From IMG/VR virus record IMGVR_UViG_3300030685_000353, positions 1 to 64,000 of that record: a stretch of 64,000 bases of DNA; one strand, 5' to 3'. The position numbers and the translations under genes were made by a program. Under the pieces are notes generated by a model. It searched no databases, was not told where the DNA came from, and saw nothing but the letters and a program-made list of their open reading frames with translations. Source of the stretch: a virus. Below, piece by piece: positions 1 through 10,229 of this stretch. Each line of letters begins with the position of its first letter. Position 1 is the first letter of the stretch.

Positions 1-453
1 ACTTCCGCTTATACCGGACGATCCTGAACTACCACTAATTCCAGTACTTCCACTAGAACCGTTAATTCCTGATGTTCCATTAGTACCAATACCTCCTGTA
101 CCATTATATCCAGAAGAACCTGACGAGCCCGATGTTCCAGCTATGCCATTATCTTTCTTAGCTGTAGTCCAATTTACACCATCACTAGTGTAAACTACTA
201 CTTCACCAGGTGCAAGTGTCTTAGATATAGATCCATTGATCAATCCAGACACCGCAGTTATTGTAGTATTTCCACCGCTTATATTATCGACTTCGTATTT
301 ATTAGAGCTGTAATCAACAGCAGATGGGAAAGTTACAGTGACTGGATTAGTGGTAATAATACGATAATCTACGAATACTGCCAAGTAATCACTATCAGTA
401 GTGACATTATAACATTGTATACCGTCTATTCGTATAGAAGTTTTAGTGACCAT
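1..453 (-). CDS. Tail fibre-like/virion protein with Gly-Ser/Thr (SGSSG/GTSG) repeats; 3' end runs off the window
   Basis: Manual translation from ATG at 453: MVTKTSIRIDG...VTVTFPSAV...SDGVNW...GIAGTSGSSGSSGYNGTGG...; open to the window edge; not in the ORF track. Confidence 0.7.
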   Translation of the reverse strand, partial: MVTKTSIRIDGIQCYNVTTDSDYLAVFVDYRIITTNPVTVTFPSAVDYSSNKYEVDNISGGNTTITAVSGLINGSISKTLAPGEVVVYTSDGVNWTTAKKDNGIAGTSGSSGSSGYNGTGGIGTNGTSGINGSSGSTGISGSSGSSGISGS

Positions 454-890
454 CAGTTCTGTTCTTTTTGGAGAAGATTTATCTTGTCTCTATATCTAGC
501 TGCATCTTCATATTGTTCATGCTCTATAGCATAGTTTAATCGTTCTTGCAAAATATCTAAATTCATATCTGAATCCATAGCATATGATTCGGCTACAACA
601 AAAAATGCTTCAATCCTGGCACCGGGTAGATTATTCGATATAGCAAATTCCTCATTATGCCAAATTATTACCCAGTTTCCACATTCTAACATGGGAAGAT
701 TTTTTGAAATTGCATATTTAAGAACTAACAATAATTCTTCTTTTAATTCATCAACAGATGGGACATGATCATATATGTCACCGTTTTCATCTTCTGATTG
801 CCAGACGATATTTAAGAGACTATGTGTATGACTAAGCTTAGCCCAGTCTACACCTAAGATTGTATCGTATATGAGTTTATCGTATTTCAT
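453..890 (-). CDS. Protein with C-terminal UVR (UvrB/UvrC) motif
   Basis: LQERLNYAIEHEQYEDAARYRDKI matches the UVR coiled-coil motif. Confidence 0.7.
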   Translation of the reverse strand: MKYDKLIYDTILGVDWAKLSHTHSLLNIVWQSEDENGDIYDHVPSVDELKEELLLVLKYAISKNLPMLECGNWVIIWHNEEFAISNNLPGARIEAFFVVAESYAMDSDMNLDILQERLNYAIEHEQYEDAARYRDKINLLQKEQN

Positions 891-914
891 GACATTTATT
901 ATAATGTGTATAAA

Positions 915-923
915 CTATATATC
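915..923 (-). promoter_or_regulatory. Putative late-type promoter motif GATATATAG
   Basis: RATATATAR recurs 20-50 nt upstream of starts at 890, 3595, 9883, 15212, 20562, 23841, 32798 and 57249 (+). Confidence 0.55.
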
Positions 924-944
924 TACAATTGCCATAACATACAC

Positions 945-972
945 AAAAAAGGGAGCTTTTAAAAGCTCCCTT
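945..972 (-). terminator. Rho-independent terminator
   Basis: gggagctttt/aaaagctccc inverted repeat with an A-run (U-tail on minus strand) after 975..2711. Confidence 0.75.
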
Positions 973-974
973 TA

Positions 975-2711
975 TCAAACGCCAATTAATGCCGTTATCG
1001 GTATATCAAAATCATGAGGATTTTTAAACGTTATACTTTCAATAGGGTATTCTGTAGTACCAGTTAAAGTTAACTGTTTACCCATATTATGCCAACCATT
1101 GATCGGTTCTTTTTCTATCGTCGTAAATGTTACGTCTGCAGATTGTCTAAAGAATGAATTATCTGTAGCAGTCAATCCTTCCATAACTTTAAAGTTTTTA
1201 GTTTCTGTGTAACCTAACTGTAAATCAGGGGTTATTTTGAACATATATCCACTGTCTAATGAAGTTATATGAAAATTTGAGATATCAGAAGTAAAGTGAT
1301 TAGTGATTGAATTTACAGTAGACGGTTTACTTAGACCGATATAAATAGTCTGTTGTCTAGATACATCATATTGATTATTTGCCGGGTATGAAAATAGAAT
1401 ATCAGCATTCTCATCTGTACCAGGTAAAGCATTAAATGTAGAGTTACTTACATTGAAATTACCGTAGCCATTTGAACCAGCAAAGTAGAACTCTTTATTT
1501 AATGATCTGATAATTCCCGTTGTTACAGCTATGTCACCAATTATAGCATATGATACTGCATCATATACAGAAATGTGTCCATTATTATGAGCTGCATAAA
1601 TCTTATCACCTACTGAGCCGCTGGTGTTATTATTACTGTATATAACAGATACTATATTTGAATAAGCTGCGGTTATATGAGTAACGTCTTGTTGACCAAT
1701 TTCGAATGTATAAATACTATCCGATGTTCCAGCTATAATTATGCCGTCAATAATATCTATCGATGATGTATTATTTGAACCATTCCATCCTGTAATATTA
1801 CTATCATAGAGTTTCCAAACATTAGTTGTCAAATTACCAACATGAATACCTTCTATTGATGCAGCAACTAAAGTGTCATTGTATAATAATGCTGCGTTAA
1901 ATTCATTAGTTCGAATAGTAGTAACATTTAGTTTGCTATAATTCTTACTAGTTTCTGTTTCTGTATTAAATACTGATACGCCTTTATTTGTGCTGAGTAC
2001 TAACTTGTTTCCAGAAATAGATAAGTTAGTTATATAGCTCGATAATATATTCGTATTAGTCGTGTCATATAGCTTAAAATTGTATGTAGAATCAGCATAA
2101 TACATTTTTATTAATCCTTCTGCAGATCCTATCCATAAATTACCCAAGCTATCTGATACAATAGATGTGGTTAAATTAGAAGGCATCTTAGAGTTCAATG
2201 TATTGAACAATTTAGTGCCATCTTGTTTAGACCATAATTTTACACCTCCTGAACATATTGCATATGCAGTAGTACTAGAAAAACCGATATATTCACCTCT
2301 TATTGAAGTAACAGCGGTCGCCCAGTTTAAACTATATCCATCTAAATCATCAGGTTGTGATTCTTTTAGTACACCGTTAATTTCACTCTTATATGCCCAT
2401 TGCAGATAATGTTTAGATGCATCATCGACAGAAAATTTAGGAAAGAATGCTGCAAAAATAGCTTCACCTGAACCGTTCAACCCGCAGTAATCAAAACTGG
2501 TCAATGTAGATATTGATGAGTTACCGGGAAGATTAAAAGTGGTCTTTTGTGAGGAAGTTATAGGAGCTGCAAAATCCTTTAAATCTATACTTGTAATTTC
2601 AGTTGCACCTTGTACTACAGCCAATTTGGTAGGTGAAGAATATACTACATATTGTGCAGTTTTAGAGTAACCTTGAGGACAAGATAGAATGTCCAATGCA
2701 TACTGATTCAT
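975..2711 (-). CDS. Putative virion protein with beta-propeller (two-component regulator propeller-like) repeats and an Ig-like (Big_5-type) domain
   Basis: SIVSDSLGNLWIGSAEGL propeller repeat; FSYPANNQYDVSRQQTIYIGLSKP...VTFTT Ig-like signature; S/T/N-rich. Confidence 0.55.
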   Translation of the reverse strand: MNQYALDILSCPQGYSKTAQYVVYSSPTKLAVVQGATEITSIDLKDFAAPITSSQKTTFNLPGNSSISTLTSFDYCGLNGSGEAIFAAFFPKFSVDDASKHYLQWAYKSEINGVLKESQPDDLDGYSLNWATAVTSIRGEYIGFSSTTAYAICSGGVKLWSKQDGTKLFNTLNSKMPSNLTTSIVSDSLGNLWIGSAEGLIKMYYADSTYNFKLYDTTNTNILSSYITNLSISGNKLVLSTNKGVSVFNTETETSKNYSKLNVTTIRTNEFNAALLYNDTLVAASIEGIHVGNLTTNVWKLYDSNITGWNGSNNTSSIDIIDGIIIAGTSDSIYTFEIGQQDVTHITAAYSNIVSVIYSNNNTSGSVGDKIYAAHNNGHISVYDAVSYAIIGDIAVTTGIIRSLNKEFYFAGSNGYGNFNVSNSTFNALPGTDENADILFSYPANNQYDVSRQQTIYIGLSKPSTVNSITNHFTSDISNFHITSLDSGYMFKITPDLQLGYTETKNFKVMEGLTATDNSFFRQSADVTFTTIEKEPINGWHNMGKQLTLTGTTEYPIESITFKNPHDFDIPITALIGV

Positions 2712-2720
2712 ATTTTACGA

Positions 2721-3299
2721 TTAATTTTCTTTTTCTATTCCCACGTCTTTTAATTTAGCGCGTAGATTCTCACGTTTCTGTGAATTCATATCAAATATAC
2801 TGTTGGAATCTGACGAATTCAATTCTTTTACTTCTTCAGGTTTTAGATAATCCATAGCAGATTTTAGAAGAAAGACTGATATAATAGGAATAGGCCAAGA
2901 TATCAGTATAGTAAGATACATCATTACATTTTTCACGTCTACTTCTCCGGTGAAGAATTCCATCATTCCTCTGAATGAAGAAATCCAATTAGGATTATGT
3001 TTCATAGATTCAGAAATGTAATCATATGAAAAGTACATGTTACCTACAATCTGCATAAAGAATAAGATGATGAATACTGTCCAAACGATAGTCTTATTCA
3101 GCTTATTTAGTATAGAAAGTGTAAGAAAACTGGCAATAGACCCTAATTCGATAGCTATTGCAAGGGCTACAGATAACCATGAAGGGTTACCTAAACTAAA
3201 GAAATCAACAATGTGTAAAGCAGATATAGCAGAAGAGATTAGTGGAACAATAATGAATGACCAAACTATTATTTTACGTAATACTTTTTCTGTGTTCAT
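2721..3299 (-). CDS. Multi-pass membrane protein
   Basis: About four hydrophobic helices and a charged C-terminus. Confidence 0.6.
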   Translation of the reverse strand: MNTEKVLRKIIVWSFIIVPLISSAISALHIVDFFSLGNPSWLSVALAIAIELGSIASFLTLSILNKLNKTIVWTVFIILFFMQIVGNMYFSYDYISESMKHNPNWISSFRGMMEFFTGEVDVKNVMMYLTILISWPIPIISVFLLKSAMDYLKPEEVKELNSSDSNSIFDMNSQKRENLRAKLKDVGIEKEN

Positions 3300-3595
3300 T
3301 TACCCTCCAATTTCTTTATTTCGATGTCATATTCATTCATTCTGTCATCAGGACGAATTGCGGTACGAACAATCGCATTATTATCATAAAGCATACGCTT
3401 CGATATTTTAAATCCTTCTATCGAAAATTGTTTCGATGTGATTTTTGTAGTAGAATCAATTTTTTCAATAGATTTTTTCAGATCATTGTACTTACGATTT
3501 ACGCTACATGTTTGAAAAAATGTCAATACCAGAAAGATTAAAATTATTAGCCAAGATTTTTCTTCAATTTTCTTTAAGAGTGTTTTCTTTTCCAT
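3296..3595 (-). CDS. Membrane-anchored coiled-coil protein (possible lipoprotein or spanin-like)
   Basis: N-terminal TM WLIILIFLVLTFFQTC followed by a charged helical region. Confidence 0.45.
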   Translation of the reverse strand: MEKKTLLKKIEEKSWLIILIFLVLTFFQTCSVNRKYNDLKKSIEKIDSTTKITSKQFSIEGFKISKRMLYDNNAIVRTAIRPDDRMNEYDIEIKKLEGK

Positions 3596-3622
3596 AAATG
3601 TTTTAATTTAATATTTAGTAGT

Positions 3623-3631
3623 TTATATATC
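3623..3631 (-). promoter_or_regulatory. Putative late-type promoter motif GATATATAA
   Basis: Copy of RATATATAR upstream of the start at 3595. Confidence 0.55.
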
Positions 3632-3688
3632 TTCGCCTGCAATAAAACACACAAATAGGGAGTTTATCACCCCCTACTTATTTTCTTA

Positions 3689-4195
3689 TTACAGACTTGC
3701 TTCAGGATTTGAAGGATCAATACCTTCTCTACGTGATGCAGTAATGAATTCCATTTCTTTCAGTTTCTCGTTTTCTTGAGCGATAACGTTTCTTACGATA
3801 TTGATATTCTTCAAGATAGTAAGATATGTATCTACTGATTCAATGAATTTGCTGTTAACAGTATCACCTGCACCTTCAATTCTAGATAAATAGAAATAAA
3901 GTGCTTCGATCGAAATAGCACTCATGAATAATTTACCTTTTGTAACACAAACACCTAGTTCATTTACAACCTCTCTGATACCCAATGCTTCTGTGAATTT
4001 CCATGCTGCTTCTTTAGAAATATAGCCTTCCAATTTCTTGATATCTTCAAGTTTAAGATCGACTAGATACTTCTTAGTTTCTAAATCTTTCTTGAATTTG
4101 TCTAGTTCAAGTTGAGCTTGTTCATAAGCTTCTTTTTGAATTTGATTTAGACCACCTTCTAATTCTGCACTTTCTGTTGTTTTTACGATTTCCAT
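3689..4195 (-). CDS. Hypothetical protein
   Basis: 168 aa ORF in a tightly packed operon. Confidence 0.7.
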   Translation of the reverse strand: MEIVKTTESAELEGGLNQIQKEAYEQAQLELDKFKKDLETKKYLVDLKLEDIKKLEGYISKEAAWKFTEALGIREVVNELGVCVTKGKLFMSAISIEALYFYLSRIEGAGDTVNSKFIESVDTYLTILKNINIVRNVIAQENEKLKEMEFITASRREGIDPSNPEASL

Positions 4196-4196
4196 T

Positions 4197-4958
4197 TTAC
4201 TTTTTTATTTGTTCGTTATAATAGTTTTTAATTTTATCTGATTCCCAGATTTCGTGATATTTATGACAATAATAAATGAATTCTTTTTTACAGCTTTCAA
4301 GTTCATCACCTTTAATTTCTACTAATTGTACACCATCTGGATTTGATAACCAAATTTCGATTCTGTCCACTTTTCGTTTATGAATCTCTTCAAATGCTAA
4401 AGTATAGGCTCCACCTTGTAAACTATATTTGTGTATAGTCTCAGCATCTCTAATTCCTGAAGCACTTTTAAAGTCTACAATGACTATTTTATTTTCATTG
4501 TCTAAATATGCAAAATCCGTAGTACCAGCAAATAGATATGTTTCAGAGTATAAAAATCCTTCAGATAAAAGAATCTTTTTTACTTTATCGAATTGTCCAC
4601 TGTGATAGAGATTATAAAATAATGCTCTTCCACCGTCTACTAGAGGTTTTTCGATGTCATTCAATAATTCATCAGTGCTTTTTCTCTGTGTATACAAAAG
4701 ACACTTTTCAGAGTCTCCCATATTCTTCATGCATATAACATAATTCTCCAAGAATTTATGCATTGCTGTTCCCTTAAGTGCTGCTTTCTGGCCTATTTCT
4801 GCTAATCTATCCTTGCCTATAGATTCCTCTATTTCTTTTAATCTCTTAGATGGTATTAATGATAAAATAGTTGTAACAGAGGGTAAAAATTTAGGGTCTT
4901 CTCCTTCTATAACATAAGCTCTTCCCCACTGTGTATCTAATCGTTTTAGTTTTTTCAA
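4197..4958 (-). CDS. PD-(D/E)XK exonuclease (phage exonuclease/Cas4-like fold)
   Basis: PSVTTIL, GTAMHK, AGTTD, IVDFKS and Q..AY motifs. Confidence 0.85.
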   Translation of the reverse strand: MKKLKRLDTQWGRAYVIEGEDPKFLPSVTTILSLIPSKRLKEIEESIGKDRLAEIGQKAALKGTAMHKFLENYVICMKNMGDSEKCLLYTQRKSTDELLNDIEKPLVDGGRALFYNLYHSGQFDKVKKILLSEGFLYSETYLFAGTTDFAYLDNENKIVIVDFKSASGIRDAETIHKYSLQGGAYTLAFEEIHKRKVDRIEIWLSNPDGVQLVEIKGDELESCKKEFIYYCHKYHEIWESDKIKNYYNEQIKK

Positions 4959-5353
4959 ATTATGCTAAGTAATATTCCGATAGGTAGAGCAACATTAGTT
5001 ACTATCCATTTTAGTGTAAGATTGTTAAAGTATGGAGTGTAAACCACAAGATATGATCGAGAATTTGCGATTTCTTCTACTGTGGGAATTATTATTTCTT
5101 GTAATCCTAGTTTAGAAAGGTACATATTTAGTGGACGCATCTTATCTAGAATTTTCAATTTTTTCATATCTTCCATTTCACCCATATCTTCCTCTTTCAA
5201 AGAAAGAACTGTATAGATTCTATTGTAAATATCTGTTCTAAGATTAAAGTTTTTCCACTCTTCAGTCTTTTCATTCTTTTCGATTGTAGAAAGAATAAAG
5301 AGAAAATTAGATATTTCTCTGAATACAGATTGGGTCTGTTTAAATCCTATCAT
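4955..5353 (-). CDS. Hypothetical protein with C-terminal hydrophobic helix
   Basis: ORF overlaps the next gene by 4 nt; hydrophobic C-terminus. Confidence 0.6.
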   Translation of the reverse strand: MIGFKQTQSVFREISNFLFILSTIEKNEKTEEWKNFNLRTDIYNRIYTVLSLKEEDMGEMEDMKKLKILDKMRPLNMYLSKLGLQEIIIPTVEEIANSRSYLVVYTPYFNNLTLKWIVTNVALPIGILLSII

Positions 5354-5370
5354 AAATATTATTTTCTATA

Positions 5371-6054
5371 TTATAGTGCATCTACCTCATTGTTCAGAAC
5401 AGGAGTCTTCATCGATATAAGGGCGATATTTTTTATGTTAATATCATTCGTCGTGGTAGCTCTTTTCTTATCTATCCATTTATTTCGCACTAGTTTTTTC
5501 GCAACATGGATTCTGCTTCTTACTGTGTTAATTTTGATACCTCTTTTTTCAGCTATTTCTTCATACTTAAGCTTATGAATTTCTCTGTCTTGTAAAATAT
5601 CTCTGTATGGAGAAGGTAAATCGTCTATTTCTGCCATAACTTCATCATATACTGTATCAACTTCGATGTTATCGACATCGTCATAATACTCATAATCTGG
5701 ATTGACGGTCCACTCATCTTCTTCTGCTGGTTTCACTTTAATATTACTTTCTTCCATTGCATTCAATGAATATGTAGCATTTTTTCTTCTAAGCTCCATT
5801 AAACATTCATTTTGGCATATTTTGTATACCCATGTACTGAAATTCCATCGTGGATCGTACATGTCGGCAAACACGAACGCTTTAGATAGTGTAATAGCAA
5901 GTATTTCATCAATAGTTTCGTCGTCTTGATGGTATTTTGTGACCATTTTTCTTAGGCCTGGTTTCAATCTATGATAAAGTTTATTAAACGTGACTTCAGT
6001 TCGTTGTTCAACAAAATTCATTGCAATGTCTTGTAGAGATTCTTCTTTTTTCAT
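5371..6054 (-). CDS. ECF-type RNA polymerase sigma factor
   Basis: Region 2 FSTWVYKICQNECLMELRR; region 4 HTH YEEIAEKRGIKINTVRSRIHVAKK. Confidence 0.9.
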   Translation of the reverse strand: MKKEESLQDIAMNFVEQRTEVTFNKLYHRLKPGLRKMVTKYHQDDETIDEILAITLSKAFVFADMYDPRWNFSTWVYKICQNECLMELRRKNATYSLNAMEESNIKVKPAEEDEWTVNPDYEYYDDVDNIEVDTVYDEVMAEIDDLPSPYRDILQDREIHKLKYEEIAEKRGIKINTVRSRIHVAKKLVRNKWIDKKRATTTNDINIKNIALISMKTPVLNNEVDAL

Positions 6055-6222
6055 TATGCGAGCGTATTAAGTAATTTGAATAAAATAACAAAGATTTTTT
6101 AAAGAGTAAATGTGTGTAAAAAATTTAAAAAAAATAATGAGTGTCATGCTTTTCACACATAGCAGTAAATATACTAAGTATATTACCTATTAATCTAACA
6201 AAGAAAATTCATACAGGAAACT

Positions 6223-6456
6223 CTATGTATTGGACCAAATACCTGTAGTGAAAACAACATCTTTTTTTTCATTGTCATGTCTCTGGTCATCAGACCACAT
6301 ACCAGTGTCAACAGTCTTTGTTTTCTTAACGTCGTCCAGTGCGGTTCTTATTAATTCAAAGCCTTTATCGCCCTCTTGAGGTGCAACAACGTATTTAGGC
6401 CCTGTGTAAGGAACTTGAGAAGTTTTTACGAATTCAGCGAAGGTTTTAAGTCTCAT
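6223..6456 (-). CDS. Small hypothetical protein (possible head-associated)
   Basis: N-terminus MRLKTFAEFV; directly downstream of the tape measure gene. Confidence 0.55.
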   Translation of the reverse strand: MRLKTFAEFVKTSQVPYTGPKYVVAPQEGDKGFELIRTALDDVKKTKTVDTGMWSDDQRHDNEKKDVVFTTGIWSNT

Positions 6457-6457
6457 A

Positions 6458-9400
6458 TTAGAATGAATTTGGGAGTTTCTTTACTAGCTCTTGTACGGCT
6501 AGAGTTAAATTGCCAGTTTTTTCAGCCATAGAACTATTTTGTTGAACCATGATCTGTATTTCTGTAAATAGCATATCGATTTTAGTCATTAAGTTAGCAG
6601 TAGTAGCAGGTACAGGTTTAGAATTATCTGTCTGTTGTCCACCAGCAGAAGTAGGCGTATAAGAAGGATGTGCAACTACCATTAAAGCTGCACTATCAGC
6701 AATCTTTTTAGCAGATTCTGCGACATCTTTAAATCTTGTAGTATCAAGATCAATCATCTTCTGCAATTCAGCAGTTATCTTTTCGAAATTCTTTATAGAT
6801 GGTTCAGATATTCTAGCTATTCCATCAGCAAATATTCCCGTATCAGAAGCTATTTTAGAAAATGGACTACTTAACTTTATCATGTTCCCATAATTATTAG
6901 CTAATCCATTTGTAAAACTAATGAATGATCGGTATTGCCATATATTTCTACTGAGCTTATCGAAATTAGTACCCATTACAGCTAAAGTGCTTGCAAATCT
7001 TACTAACGGATCCTGTAATTTTATGAATGCGTCAACGAATACTGCAAAACCAGAACCTCCGACAGATACACTTTTTAGTACATTACCTAATCGTTCAAAT
7101 CTCGTTAATGAATCATCAGTTAATGAACTAGACTGTATATTATTTGCCATATCAGTAATAGAACTGGAGATAGCTGATATAGCATCAGTTTCAAGATTCT
7201 TTACTTTTATAGGTTTCATCTTACTGTAGATGTTACTGATACTGCCTAGATTTTCTGCAATTCCTCTGAATGTTTTAGTCAATTCATATGCAGCTTTAGC
7301 TTTATCTTCAGCATCTTCAAATGCACTTAGATCAAGTTTTGTGAATACGCTAGGTAAAACATTCAATACAGAGCTTATGCTTCTTATAATACCAGGGATA
7401 TTTATAGCCCCGTATTTTGTAGGTCTTCCGTCTGGACCATATTCGATTGGAAAATGATTCATGTTGGCGAAAGAAGTAATACCACCTGCTAAGTCAGATA
7501 TTACTGAACCCATTCCAGAAACTGCATCTATACCTTTTTTGACATCACTTTTACCCATCCCAAAGAATCCTCCGGGATATTTTGCACCAATTGAACCGAA
7601 AATGTTAGCCAATGCATATAAAATTCCCGGGTTATTAGAATCTAAACCGTCACCTAATAATGATTTTTGAATGCCAGCTACAATAGTAGATAATTTAACT
7701 GATTGCCAAGATAGACCACCTTTACCGTTAGCCGTCTGTACTGGGAAATGGTCAGGATCAGAGAATGCAGCAATTCCTCCTGCTAATTCTTTAAGTATTT
7801 CACCCATTCCACTTACCATCTTGATACCTAATTGAACAGGATCAGTTCCGGTAATTGCTCGAAGCATACCAAGTCCTAAAACTCCAGCACTTCCACTATT
7901 ATCAGTGTATAATTTCTTGAAACCATTTGTTAATGCTGGTATTATGCCTTCTTCTCCAAATAATTTATCAGTAAAGTCCTTAGGATCAGGAATTTTACTG
8001 ATTGCATTAGCAGCAGATATTAATCCGGCACTTATAGCGATGAGTGAAGTTCCTAAAAGTAATGCAGTTACTGAACCGATGAGTATAGGAACAGATAATA
8101 TTGACATTTTAGCAATTTCTTTACCTAATGCGAACATGATTCCCATGCCTTTCATGGTTTTCTCTTTCTCATCATATAGTCCCATCTTCATTATCGCTTT
8201 CGTAGACAGAGCAAATAGAATTAAACCTACTGAGAATAGTCCTAATGAAGCTCCTACTATACCTAATGCTATGGCGCCTATACCTATTGGTGCTGCTAAC
8301 AGACCAATTCCAGCAAATAATACACTCATACCACCGATTATTGCAACTGCACCGATAGCAGCTTCTTTGTAATCATTTTTGAATAAAGCCATCACTCCTT
8401 TTAGAGCTAGTGCATATACCATTATTCCAGCTGAAAATAGTAATAAAGATGCACCTATTAGACCGATTCCTATTGCTCCAGCGACTATAGAAGGTAATTC
8501 AGCTCCTATTATGCCGAACATTATAGCCATACCTCCTAATATTGCAACAGTTCCTATAGCAGCTTCTTTATAATCATTTTTGAATAAAGCTAGAACGCCT
8601 TTTAGAGCTAATGCAAATATTAAAATTCCTACTGAGAATATAGCTAGACCTGCACCAATAGATGCCACACCTAATGAACCTTGTACTATATCTTTACCAA
8701 GTTTACCGATAAGTTCAAACATTAATGCGAATGCACCAATGACTAATACAGACAGTAATGCATCTGTCATAGAAAACTTAGAAAAAGTATACGATAATAA
8801 AAGCATAGCACCTGAAAAGAAAAATAGTCCTACAGATAATCCAAGTATTATTGTCAATGCACCTTGTGCGATATCTTTAGAAAGTTTCCCAATTAAATAA
8901 AATGCTAATCCGTATGCCGCAAGCAATAACATTCCACCCAATAAATCTTTCATTGGAACTAACATCATTACTAATGAAATCGTAGCTATACCAGCAGAAA
9001 GTGCAATTAAAGCTATACCTATTCCTTGGACAGCTTTTGCACCCTTATCAATATATTCAGCTCCTTTACCTAATACGATAAATGCTCCTGCTACAAGCAT
9101 AGTTATAGCCGTTACTCCTAAAAGTGTAGTAACAGGAACTAATGATACTAATAATGCCATAGTAGCAAGACCTGCTGTAAGCATAACTAATCCTTTACCG
9201 ATTATGCCTATTGCAGCAAACCCATCTTTAAATTCTGATAATTGGGTACCTAGACTCGCAAACATCTTTATGACTAACCATGCAACTCCAGCACCTATCA
9301 TAACTAAAGGAGCGATAATAGATACTAATGCCAATGTAGCCATAGCTTTCCCTATATTCGCAAGCCCAGAGATTAAGAGGTGTATACCGATACCTGCTTG

Positions 9401-9883
9401 TTCCATCTTTTTAATGTCACTATCTGAAAATCCATTCATAGCTGACACTGCTCCATCAATAATTCTCTTAACTACTGGGTCTTTGCCACCAAATAGTACT
9501 TTACCAGCAAGCGCTATTTTTGCTATACCCATTATCGATAAGTTAGCAAACGTATTTACAAATGTAGATATAGATGTGGCTGAATTACTCAAAGAATCCA
9601 ACTTAGTAGAATCGATGTTACCCGTAATAGAAACTAATTCAGATAAAAAGTCGAGTATTACTGATCCATTAGTTGATATCGATTTATTCTTAGCAGATAA
9701 CGCATCAGATATTAGTTTTATACTTGTTGCCATACCAGCCAGTACAGCAGAAGAATTCATAGAGGCACTTGGATCTGCCGCAGCATTAGATGTATTAGCT
9801 TTTGCTTCAATAGCATGTAAGCTTTTTTCCATTGATCTGGAAATACCAATGAGTGTGTCGAGTTGTTTGTCTTGTAGAGCCAA
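6458..9883 (-). CDS. Tape measure protein
   Basis: >1100 aa, Ala/Gly-rich with many hydrophobic helices and an internal repeat (LFKNDYKEAAIG twice); follows tube and chaperone genes. Start probably TTG at 9883 rather than 9922, because the late motif lies at 9904-9912. Confidence 0.75.
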   Translation of the reverse strand: MALQDKQLDTLIGISRSMEKSLHAIEAKANTSNAAADPSASMNSSAVLAGMATSIKLISDALSAKNKSISTNGSVILDFLSELVSITGNIDSTKLDSLSNSATSISTFVNTFANLSIMGIAKIALAGKVLFGGKDPVVKRIIDGAVSAMNGFSDSDIKKMEQAGIGIHLLISGLANIGKAMATLALVSIIAPLVMIGAGVAWLVIKMFASLGTQLSEFKDGFAAIGIIGKGLVMLTAGLATMALLVSLVPVTTLLGVTAITMLVAGAFIVLGKGAEYIDKGAKAVQGIGIALIALSAGIATISLVMMLVPMKDLLGGMLLLAAYGLAFYLIGKLSKDIAQGALTIILGLSVGLFFFSGAMLLLSYTFSKFSMTDALLSVLVIGAFALMFELIGKLGKDIVQGSLGVASIGAGLAIFSVGILIFALALKGVLALFKNDYKEAAIGTVAILGGMAIMFGIIGAELPSIVAGAIGIGLIGASLLLFSAGIMVYALALKGVMALFKNDYKEAAIGAVAIIGGMSVLFAGIGLLAAPIGIGAIALGIVGASLGLFSVGLILFALSTKAIMKMGLYDEKEKTMKGMGIMFALGKEIAKMSILSVPILIGSVTALLLGTSLIAISAGLISAANAISKIPDPKDFTDKLFGEEGIIPALTNGFKKLYTDNSGSAGVLGLGMLRAITGTDPVQLGIKMVSGMGEILKELAGGIAAFSDPDHFPVQTANGKGGLSWQSVKLSTIVAGIQKSLLGDGLDSNNPGILYALANIFGSIGAKYPGGFFGMGKSDVKKGIDAVSGMGSVISDLAGGITSFANMNHFPIEYGPDGRPTKYGAINIPGIIRSISSVLNVLPSVFTKLDLSAFEDAEDKAKAAYELTKTFRGIAENLGSISNIYSKMKPIKVKNLETDAISAISSSITDMANNIQSSSLTDDSLTRFERLGNVLKSVSVGGSGFAVFVDAFIKLQDPLVRFASTLAVMGTNFDKLSRNIWQYRSFISFTNGLANNYGNMIKLSSPFSKIASDTGIFADGIARISEPSIKNFEKITAELQKMIDLDTTRFKDVAESAKKIADSAALMVVAHPSYTPTSAGGQQTDNSKPVPATTANLMTKIDMLFTEIQIMVQQNSSMAEKTGNLTLAVQELVKKLPNSF

Positions 9884-9903
9884 AATTGCAGGTTTATTTC
9901 GTA

Positions 9904-9912
9904 TTATATATC
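9904..9912 (-). promoter_or_regulatory. Putative late-type promoter motif GATATATAA
   Basis: Between the terminator and the tape measure start. Confidence 0.55.
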
Positions 9913-9920
9913 TAACACAC

Positions 9921-9949
9921 AAAAAGGAAGAGCAAAACTCTTCCTTTTT
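9921..9949 (-). terminator. Rho-independent terminator
   Basis: aaaaggaagag-caaaa-ctcttcctttt. Confidence 0.75.
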
Positions 9950-9950
9950 G

Positions 9951-10229
9951 TTACAATTTAAAGTTCGGTAATGATGGCAATGAACTTGCTATACCTCTTT
10001 GCATACTACTCATCTGTGAATTAATATTCAGATTCGGTACTTGTGAATGTTGCCCCTTTTCTTGTTTCTTCCTTTCATTTTCTTCTTCTTCGCTGAGAAT
10101 TTTCAATTCATCCAGCATAATCTCCAATTCATAAAATGGCATCTGTTCAACCTCTGAAGGTTGGCATCTGACATATTTAAGAAGTGATGCTTTAAGCTTA
10201 AAGTAATTTTGAAGAGATATCTGAAACAA
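9951..10229 (-). CDS. Tail/baseplate assembly chaperone, T4 gp51-like (possibly the frameshifted extension of the upstream gene)
   Basis: SEVEQMPFYELEIMLDEL resembles the gp51/gpT-type motif; TTG start overlapping the upstream gene; located before the tape measure. Confidence 0.55.
   Translation of the reverse strand: MFQISLQNYFKLKASLLKYVRCQPSEVEQMPFYELEIMLDELKILSEEEENERKKQEKGQHSQVPNLNINSQMSSMQRGIASSLPSLPNFKL

Noticed and set aside
4197-4958. CRISPR-associated Cas4
   Set aside because: No four-Cys Fe-S motif and no cas context; an ordinary phage PD-(D/E)XK exonuclease
6921-9971. Long plus-strand ORFs opposite the tape measure gene (and others such as 53867..54308)
   Set aside because: Antisense shadows of biased codon usage; no motifs or promoters
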